64,000 nucleotides of DNA from a phage: the sequence record NC_100327.1; one strand, written 5' to 3'. The notes under the pieces were generated by a model. It made no database searches, was not told the DNA's origin, and saw nothing but the letters and a program-made list of their open reading frames with translations. A program made the translations under genes and the position numbers. Below, piece after piece: positions 57,711 to 64,000 of this stretch. How positions within the stretch are numbered: position 1 is the first letter of the stretch; every line of letters starts with the position of its first letter.

Positions 57711-57827
57711 ATGTCTACAGGTATTTATAAAATTTGCAAGTGCGGCTGTCATTGCAATCTTCGTTGGTGCAAGGCACTGGACGATTTTATTTGGCATTGC
57801 CCTGAATGCGATGCGGAGTACTTATAA
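57711..57827 (+). CDS. small Cys-rich (zinc-ribbon-like) protein, 38 aa
   Basis: ATG 7 nt after AGGAGG; MSTGIYKICKCGCHCNLRWCKALDDFIWHCPECDAEYL; not in the ORF track because it is short. Confidence 0.35.
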   Translation: MSTGIYKICKCGCHCNLRWCKALDDFIWHCPECDAEYL

Positions 57828-57978
57828 GCATAAGGGGTCGAAATGCGGAAATCTATCAAGAAAATCAAGATAAAATTGTTAGCACTGAAGCGTAAGTATA
57901 AAAAGTTATACGGCTTCATCAAATGGACTTTTATAAGTTTATCTTGAATAGAAGCACACCACAGAAGAGAGGTTCCTT

Positions 57979-58215
57979 ATGATAGGTGTCTGTGTAAAAG
58001 CTAACAGATGGTTTACATTCGGTAAGGATTACGAAATTATCTTTCATTCGGACAGAGCCACAACAGTAGAAAGTAATGATGGGTGCTACTGGTTCGTTAG
58101 TTACCAGGGTGATGGGTATTATAGATCTACTGATTCCAGAGGGGAAGAAGCTGTTTTCTTAGATAGAGCTTATTGTGGGCCTGAATATCCCTATCTCAAA
58201 GAGGGTAAGGCATGA
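57979..58215 (+). CDS. hypothetical protein
   Basis: 78-aa ORF coupled to nrdG. Confidence 0.3.
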   Translation: MIGVCVKANRWFTFGKDYEIIFHSDRATTVESNDGCYWFVSYQGDGYYRSTDSRGEEAVFLDRAYCGPEYPYLKEGKA

Positions 58216-58685
58216 ATGTTGTCAATATTATAGAGTGTAGCATGGTTGACGGCCCAGGTATCAGGACAACAGTGTTCTGTTCTGGTTGTCCACATCACTG
58301 CGTCGGTTGCCAAAACAAAAGTGTTTGGTCCCCCGCTAAAGGGGAACCGTTAACAAATGACACAATCGAGAGCATACTTAGCTCTATAGAACCAAACCAT
58401 ATTACCGGCGTTACATTATGCGGTGGAGAGCCTTTAGCACCTTACAATATTGATGGTATGTATTCAATCATTTGCGCTATCCGTGAACGCTTCGGCAACA
58501 CAAAAACTATCTGGGTGTACACAGGGTATTTGTTTGAAGAAGTCCCCGATTACATTAAAGATAGTGTTGATTACATTATGGACGGTAAGTACGAAAAAGA
58601 TAACCCCACCAAAAAACCCTTTAGAGGCAGTGATAACCAAAGAATGTTTAAAAAGGTAGCAGATGGTTGGGTTCAGGTTGACTAA
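58212..58685 (+). CDS. nrdG: anaerobic ribonucleotide reductase activating protein NrdG (radical SAM)
   Basis: Cys cluster CSGCPHHCVGC near the N-terminus; ~157 aa; adjacent to nrdD. Confidence 0.75.
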   Translation: MNVVNIIECSMVDGPGIRTTVFCSGCPHHCVGCQNKSVWSPAKGEPLTNDTIESILSSIEPNHITGVTLCGGEPLAPYNIDGMYSIICAIRERFGNTKTIWVYTGYLFEEVPDYIKDSVDYIMDGKYEKDNPTKKPFRGSDNQRMFKKVADGWVQVD

Positions 58686-58688
58686 TCG

Positions 58689-58718
58689 TTGACAAAGCTT
58701 TGTTAAGTCGGTTATAAT
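58689..58718 (+). promoter_or_regulatory. sigma70-like promoter candidate
   Basis: TTGACA (58689-58694), 18-nt spacer, TATAAT (58713-58718). Confidence 0.55.
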
Positions 58719-58747
58719 TGTCGTAATGAAAGCAGAGGAGGTGCCAA

Positions 58748-58861
58748 ATGGCTAAAAAAGCCTTGAAGAAGGCGTACAAGAAAGAGATTGCGCTTGAGCT
58801 TAAGAAAAAACACAAGCGTGAAAATAAACATCATGAAGATGAAGAGGGGGTGCAACAGTGA
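58748..58861 (+). CDS. small basic protein, 37 aa
   Basis: ATG after GAGGAGG RBS and a consensus promoter; MAKKALKKAYKKEIALELKKKHKRENKHHEDEEGVQQ. Confidence 0.35.
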   Translation: MAKKALKKAYKKEIALELKKKHKRENKHHEDEEGVQQ

Positions 58862-59208
58862 CACAAGAACGTATCGATTTGGCTAATAAGTTTGTAGATC
58901 TCATTTTGCCACGGTTAGTTACTCAACATGCAGATGCTATTTCTACTAATCTTGATGGCTTACGCCTAATGCTGAATCGCACAGATGACCCTCGTATTCG
59001 GGCTGATTTAGAAGCCTCTGCCAACAAACTGGAAAAGTTCTTGCAAGTAGACACGCAAGAAGCCTTGCACAAGATTATGGTGGAAGGTTTCTCTAAAGAA
59101 TTTACCATTAAAGAGCTTAAGGAGCTGATCCACCAAGAAGAGATGAATATCCGAGTTCAGGCTGTTGCAAGCAGCATGGAAGCGGCTATTGAAAAACTGT
59201 TGCAGTAA
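58858..59208 (+). CDS. hypothetical protein
   Basis: 116-aa ORF with GTG start overlapping the small ORF stop. Confidence 0.3.
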   Translation: MTQERIDLANKFVDLILPRLVTQHADAISTNLDGLRLMLNRTDDPRIRADLEASANKLEKFLQVDTQEALHKIMVEGFSKEFTIKELKELIHQEEMNIRVQAVASSMEAAIEKLLQ

Positions 59209-59246
59209 AAGTACTTGGCACATCTCAATCTGAAAGGAGTCCCAAC

Positions 59247-60035
59247 ATGGGTCGAGCTAAAGAAACAAAACGCATGCGTGATGAAGCTAGAGAGGCTCGC
59301 AAATCTGATCGCCTGCGTAAGGCTGCTGAGAAATTTGCTGACGAAAGAGAGCACACCGCTCCAGCTCTCCGACCAATGAATAAGAAGCAGCAAAAGTATC
59401 TTGATTATCTAGGGTCACGTAAGATTATTATTGTAAACGGTGTGTTTGGATCCGGTAAGACATTTATGGCATCTGCATATGCAGGTGATCTTCTGCGTAA
59501 GAACGAGATTGATAAGATCATTGTTGCACGTCCTTACGTCCAGACAGGAAAGACTTCAGGATTTAAACCCGGAAATGCAATGCAGAAACTGTGGCCCTAT
59601 CTTCGAAGCATGATGGACACGATTTGTCGTCGTGTTGGCAAAGGTGCTTTTACCGCAATGCTGGGAGACGGTCAGAACAGTCGTATCGAGATTTGTGAAG
59701 TTGAAAGCATTCGTGGTCGTAGTTTCGATGAGCGATGCTTTGTCCTGATTGACGAGGCACAGCAAACTAACCCTGAAGAAATGTTGTCAATTATCACAAG
59801 GATCTCTGATCAAGCCACCCTTGTAATTATGGGTGATAATAGCCAACGTGACATCCCTGGTAAATCTGGCCTCGCATGGGTGACGGATTTCTTTACTCGT
59901 CATCCAGATCCTGAGGTTGGAATGATTAGCTTTGATAGTCCAGACGATGTCGTTCGTTCCGGGTTGGGTCGTCAGATTGCACTCAATCTTATTGAAGATC
60001 GTGCAAATCATATTTGGACCCCTGTTTCCGAGTAA
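59247..60035 (+). CDS. phoH: PhoH-like ATPase
   Basis: Walker A GVFGSGKT, LIDEAQ and IMGDNSQRD blocks in PhoH-like order. Confidence 0.8.
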   Translation: MGRAKETKRMRDEAREARKSDRLRKAAEKFADEREHTAPALRPMNKKQQKYLDYLGSRKIIIVNGVFGSGKTFMASAYAGDLLRKNEIDKIIVARPYVQTGKTSGFKPGNAMQKLWPYLRSMMDTICRRVGKGAFTAMLGDGQNSRIEICEVESIRGRSFDERCFVLIDEAQQTNPEEMLSIITRISDQATLVIMGDNSQRDIPGKSGLAWVTDFFTRHPDPEVGMISFDSPDDVVRSGLGRQIALNLIEDRANHIWTPVSE

Positions 60036-60080
60036 TACAGAAGGGTGGTTATTCCACCCTTAAAATATCTAAAACAGTTG

Positions 60081-60109
60081 TTGACAAACAGGTAAGCTTT
60101 AGATATTAT
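60081..60109 (+). promoter_or_regulatory. sigma70-like promoter candidate
   Basis: TTGACA (60081-60086), 17-nt spacer, TATTAT (60104-60109); preceded by a hairpin at 60042-60060. Confidence 0.5.
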
Positions 60110-60139
60110 CATCGGACAAAACAAGGAGAAGGAGATAGT

Positions 60140-60451
60140 ATGGCTACAATACAAGAGAGACTGAATAAAATATACTGCCTGTTCGTCTACAACGGTGAGA
60201 CAATTTTGGCAAATAAAGGATCCAAGAATGTGTGGATCAAGGACAGTGGTGGTAATATAATCAACTTAGCGTTGCTACGTGAGCGCCGACACAGATTCTT
60301 TATCGAGTCTCGAATTATTGAAAGCAGCACCTGCTACAGAACAGGCGATAAAGTAATTGTTGACAATGATACGTGGTATGTGGTAGACTGGCAATCATTG
60401 AGTTGTGATGCTTCTGACAATCGTAAGTATTCCATAGTGATTGCTAAATAA
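60140..60451 (+). CDS. hypothetical protein
   Basis: Track ORF 60014..60451 trimmed to the first ATG (MATIQERLNK) after the promoter and GGAGAAGGAG RBS. Confidence 0.35.
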   Translation: MATIQERLNKIYCLFVYNGETILANKGSKNVWIKDSGGNIINLALLRERRHRFFIESRIIESSTCYRTGDKVIVDNDTWYVVDWQSLSCDASDNRKYSIVIAK

Positions 60452-60511
60452 AGGTAAATGTGAATCAGGTTTAAATAAATAGCTTTCAACTTCCAATATT
60501 AAGGATTTCTC

Positions 60512-61558
60512 ATGAATTTAACACCTCGCAGCACCATGGTACACGGCATGAAAGAAAAACAGAACGGTTTCGAACCTATGAGTAATAAAATGTTTGGTAT
60601 GCCGGGCGGTATCATGGAAACATACAGCTACCCAACACCTGTTGTTGACCACGTTCTTTATATCGACGATTTGGAAGACCTGCAGGATCATATGTCTCGT
60701 CTGCAGACGATCCGTATGGCTCAGCCGGAAGAAAGCATTCGGGTGATCATCAATAGCCCTGGTGGTTGCGTGCACATTGCAATGGCTTATCTACAGGCAT
60801 TCCGCGAGTCTCAGGCAAGCGTTGTTGCACATGCTGAAGGGATGTGCTGCTCTGCGGGAACAATCTTATGGCTGGGTTGTAAAGAACGCACTGTGGCTCC
60901 GGACACAGAATTTATGTTCCACTACTATCAAGGTGGCACTTATGGTAACGGTGTGAACATGAATACTCAGGTCAGCTACTGGAAAAAACGTTTTGAACGC
61001 CTGATCGAAAAATACTACGGTGGGGTGCTGACAGAAGATGAGATCGCATCCATCACAGCTGGTGGTGAAGTGTGGTTGGACGGAGAGGAGCTGGCAGCTC
61101 GAACTGGAGCCATCATTCTGGATGAAGGTAACATACAGCGCATCCAGAACGGACAAAAACCTAAAAAGCTTCTGGCAAAAGGTGATGAAGGCGTGTTAGG
61201 TGAAGCAGGTCTTCCTGAGATTCACCAGTGCACCTCTTTAGATGAGCTAGTTCATGCTGTTGAATCTGCGAAAGCGGTTGGTTCGAAAGGTGATGTTCAC
61301 ACTGTGTTCCTAAATCTGCAGATGGAAAGTGGTGAGACCATTAAGATTGCCTTAGGTGAGATTACCTCAGAAGATCTGCAGCGATTCTCTGTCGTTGAAC
61401 TTCAAGACATTCTGTCCCAATTGAAGACAACCCTGAACGGCGGTGAAGAGGTTAAGGTAAAAGATAAGACTCGCAAGCGTCTGGTGGACAATATTATTAA
61501 AACAGCAAAAGAGCTCAATGAAAAAATCCTGGGTGCAGGAATTGTCGAAGAAGCTTAA
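60512..61558 (+). CDS. ClpP-like serine protease with C-terminal extension
   Basis: ClpP-type blocks INSPGG, AEGMCCSAGT and EFMFH, followed by a ~170-aa helical C-terminal region. Confidence 0.5.
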   Translation: MNLTPRSTMVHGMKEKQNGFEPMSNKMFGMPGGIMETYSYPTPVVDHVLYIDDLEDLQDHMSRLQTIRMAQPEESIRVIINSPGGCVHIAMAYLQAFRESQASVVAHAEGMCCSAGTILWLGCKERTVAPDTEFMFHYYQGGTYGNGVNMNTQVSYWKKRFERLIEKYYGGVLTEDEIASITAGGEVWLDGEELAARTGAIILDEGNIQRIQNGQKPKKLLAKGDEGVLGEAGLPEIHQCTSLDELVHAVESAKAVGSKGDVHTVFLNLQMESGETIKIALGEITSEDLQRFSVVELQDILSQLKTTLNGGEEVKVKDKTRKRLVDNIIKTAKELNEKILGAGIVEEA

Positions 61559-61570
61559 ACATTAATTCTA

Positions 61571-61594
61571 AAGCCCTCTTCGGAGGGCTTTTAT
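61571..61594 (+). terminator. rho-independent terminator
   Basis: agccctc ttcg gagggct hairpin followed by TTTTAT. Confidence 0.6.
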
Positions 61595-61609
61595 GATCTG
61601 GAGATTTGC

Positions 61610-62143
61610 ATGACTTGTGCTAGAAAACCTGATGAACAACGTAACGCTTACGATGAGTATGTGACACCGGAGTGGTGTGCAGAAGGGCTGTATGACCTTA
61701 TTCCGTTCCCAGAAGACTGGACCTATTTAGAGCCTTGCAGGAATAGTGCCTCAGGTGTGTTCTACTCACGTATGCCGTTAGGATCTGCATGGGGAGAAAT
61801 CCAAGAAGGTGTTGACTATCTGAATACAGAATACAACCATGTTGACTGTATTATCACCAACCCACCATACAGTTTGGCTCGTGAGTTTGTAGACAAGGCG
61901 TTGAAAGATGCTGACGTAGTTATTATGCTTTTGCGTCTTAATTTTCTGGAAAGCAAAGCCAGATTTGAATGGTGGCTTGATAATGCACCTACCACTGTGA
62001 TCACAATATCTAAGCGTCCATCTTTTCAATCAAATGGCAGAACTGACGGGCAAGCATATGCATATTTTGTCTGGGATAAGAAAAACCGTTTAGACTTGCC
62101 GCCATTTATGTGGTTGGCACCTCCAGAGGTAGACCTGAAATGA
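61610..62143 (+). CDS. phage Dam-like DNA N6-adenine methyltransferase (small, NPPY)
   Basis: 177 aa with YVTPEW and IITNPPYS motifs. Confidence 0.55.
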   Translation: MTCARKPDEQRNAYDEYVTPEWCAEGLYDLIPFPEDWTYLEPCRNSASGVFYSRMPLGSAWGEIQEGVDYLNTEYNHVDCIITNPPYSLAREFVDKALKDADVVIMLLRLNFLESKARFEWWLDNAPTTVITISKRPSFQSNGRTDGQAYAYFVWDKKNRLDLPPFMWLAPPEVDLK

Positions 62144-62424
62144 AAATGAGTGCTAAGGACAAATTACACCAGTTAGCGCTAAAACGTCCTGTAACGCTTC
62201 CTGACGAGCTTAACTCTATTTATGATGCGATTGTAGGGGAGATACAAAATAAAGCGTTAGCAGGCTTTCTGGGGTGCGGATTTTCGATAAATCTACCATC
62301 GCATCTCTCAGATTACTTCCCGCACATTGTTGGAGATTTAAGGGCAGGAGGTCTGCAGGTAGATGTTGTTGGCATCTCCCCAGAGAAAAATAATACGGTT
62401 GCCTACTTGACAGTAACCTGGTAG
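62110..62424 (+). CDS. hypothetical protein
   Basis: Track ORF; likely start at the internal Met (~62141). Confidence 0.3.
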   Translation: MVGTSRGRPEMKMSAKDKLHQLALKRPVTLPDELNSIYDAIVGEIQNKALAGFLGCGFSINLPSHLSDYFPHIVGDLRAGGLQVDVVGISPEKNNTVAYLTVTW

Positions 62425-62700
62425 TTGTGTATTGTTGTTTTCAACAAGAGGGGGTCATTTATGTACAAGTCATTTTCAATCTACTCAAGACAGTCGAAAC
62501 ACTACACAGAGATCCTGATCACTCAGAAAAAATCTGTGGAAGGTGAGTGGGAATATCACCATAAAATGTTGCGTCCAGACTGGGTTTTTGATAGACTTAT
62601 TGCTATGATCCCTCTCGGAGAAGTATACCCTCTGACAGCCCATCGCGATGCTTGGGATTTAATTGATTACATAGATTCATTTAAGGAGCCTAGATTATGA
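62425..62700 (+). CDS. hypothetical protein
   Basis: 91-aa track ORF; probable start at MYKSFSIY (~62461). Confidence 0.3.
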   Translation: MCIVVFNKRGSFMYKSFSIYSRQSKHYTEILITQKKSVEGEWEYHHKMLRPDWVFDRLIAMIPLGEVYPLTAHRDAWDLIDYIDSFKEPRL

Positions 62701-63098
62701 AGATTGAGATTACTAAAGAAGGTAAGAAAGTGTCCGGCAACTATGCAACAGTAATTCGGGATTTAATGTTTGAAGCCACCAAGATCGGTACATCTAAAGT
62801 TGGTCAAACTGTTAGTGTGCAAAGTAATATCGCCACAGGAGAGAAGGTATTCATTGTGGTCAAAGGGCAGGATCCTGTGGAAGGAACAGTGGGCCGAGGA
62901 GGTTACCTGTGCATTTCTGAAGAGCCTCGTATGCTAGTGGCTGACTCCGCTACTATAGGTGGGAAACGTGTGTGCGAGGCGGATGAGGTGATGATTATCC
63001 AGCCTGTTGACCCAGATGATCCAGCAACTTGGGTGGTAGGAAATGAAATCTTCTCTTTAGAAGAGTTATCCTTCCTAGCCCCGCGCTCTGTTCAGTAA
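62697..63098 (+). CDS. hypothetical protein
   Basis: 133-aa ORF coupled to the upstream gene. Confidence 0.3.
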   Translation: MKIEITKEGKKVSGNYATVIRDLMFEATKIGTSKVGQTVSVQSNIATGEKVFIVVKGQDPVEGTVGRGGYLCISEEPRMLVADSATIGGKRVCEADEVMIIQPVDPDDPATWVVGNEIFSLEELSFLAPRSVQ

Positions 63099-63137
63099 TA
63101 ATTTATCTTACCAGGGACGGTAGAAGCAGGAGGTAGC

Positions 63138-63371
63138 ATGAAAGTTAAATTTCTTACAGATTTAGGGTACCCTTCCTTGGTTGACTGTGTTGGTAAAATT
63201 GTGGAAGCAAAACGGCTATCTGCAAACGAGAATGTTGTCCTGGTTAAAGGGAAGGATTTACTAGCTGCAGGTGCAGAGTCTGGCAGGATCTCTCCTGATT
63301 ATATGTATTACCTATCTTTAAGTAATCTGCCAGAGCGAGGCGGTAAAGGCCTTGAAGTTGTGGAGGGGTGA
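63138..63371 (+). CDS. hypothetical protein
   Basis: 77-aa ORF with GGAGG RBS. Confidence 0.3.
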   Translation: MKVKFLTDLGYPSLVDCVGKIVEAKRLSANENVVLVKGKDLLAAGAESGRISPDYMYYLSLSNLPERGGKGLEVVEG

Positions 63372-63901
63372 CAGGTATGCTTCTGATTAACTGGGAAGAC
63401 CTCTATGGGGACAAAGACCCTGTTGCGTTTGTTGATCGTAGGTGGAGATACACTGAAGAACAACTGGCGGCAAAAAATTTAACTGCAAAACGCAGAAAGA
63501 TCATCCAGTGCAAGTACAAATACGCACAGTTTGCTGCAAAAGTGTCTCCACAAATCGAGAGCTTTGTGCTTAAATTGTATGACGAGTACCTCAAATTCAA
63601 ATTGGATTTTGTACAGGTGTACCGTGCACAGATACGACCAGATACCAACATATGTAGATGGAAGGTTGTTTGTGACGGTAAAGATTTGCCGCTCAGCTTG
63701 ACAATTGAGTGGCGTTATGGGTATCATGAGTGTGGTCTGTATGATATTTGGGATGTCATTGTAGATCCTGCTAAGCATCTGAACACAGAGGAGCTGGAAT
63801 ATATCAATAAGGTTATTCTCGATATGTTTTTCAGCTACACCCATGAAAACTCTGAGAAAGAACGGGATAATTTTCTTGACACCCTCAGTTGCCATTTGTA
63901 G
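63368..63901 (+). CDS. hypothetical protein
   Basis: 177-aa ORF overlapping its neighbour. Confidence 0.3.
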   Translation: MTGMLLINWEDLYGDKDPVAFVDRRWRYTEEQLAAKNLTAKRRKIIQCKYKYAQFAAKVSPQIESFVLKLYDEYLKFKLDFVQVYRAQIRPDTNICRWKVVCDGKDLPLSLTIEWRYGYHECGLYDIWDVIVDPAKHLNTEELEYINKVILDMFFSYTHENSEKERDNFLDTLSCHL

Positions 63902-63931
63902 TATACAATTTAACCTACAAAGGGAGGACCA

Positions 63932-64000
63932 ATGAGTATAAATGTTGTGCTAATAGGTTACCTGGTAATGTCCGTTATAACAGCGGTATTCTTGACAGGT
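63932..64000 (+). CDS. hypothetical membrane protein, 5' end only (continues beyond the window)
   Basis: ATG after GGGAGGA RBS; hydrophobic N-terminus MSINVVLIGYLVMSVITAVFLTG. Confidence 0.3.
   Translation, partial: MSINVVLIGYLVMSVITAVFLTG

Noticed and set aside
57676-57873. 65-aa track ORF between nrdD and nrdG.
   Set aside because: It starts at TTG with no ribosome-binding site; the overlapping 38-aa Cys-rich ORF in another frame (57711..57827) has ATG plus AGGAGG and is the more plausible product.

Overview
This window looks like part of a large tailed-phage genome (enterobacterial type, judging by a lambda-R-like endolysin) with two opposed modules. Positions 1..~33640 on the minus strand carry a virion/late module: a three-exon terminase large subunit, portal, scaffold, decoration and major capsid proteins, a contractile-tail-like sheath/tube pair, chaperones with a -1 frameshift site, tape measure, baseplate and several large fibre/tailspike genes, plus Rz/Rz1-like spanins. 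Next comes a minus-strand tRNA operon (six canonical tRNAs and two non-canonical tRNA-like elements) and a ~660 bp non-coding block with a GC-rich structured segment, an AT-rich tract and an array of 21-bp-spaced palindromic repeats. A small minus-strand cassette encodes a polynucleotide kinase and a metallophosphoesterase, and from 35769 a plus-strand early/metabolic module runs to the window end (Rnl1-like RNA ligase, Sir2-like and MazG-like proteins, DNA ligase, endolysin, three orphan DNA methyltransferases, nucleases, dNMP kinase, ThyX, NrdA/NrdB/glutaredoxin/NrdD/NrdG, PhoH, a ClpP-like protease). The most notable features are two group I introns with HNH homing-endonuclease ORFs interrupting the terminase gene, the RNA-repair trio next to the tRNA cluster, the unusual tRNA-like RNAs, and a candidate origin/regulatory hub with iteron-like repeats. 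All calls rest on manual reading of the ORF translations and sequence motifs; no database search was run, so family assignments are recollection-based. Many track ORFs begin at alternative start codons (TTG/GTG), so several 5' ends are approximate.
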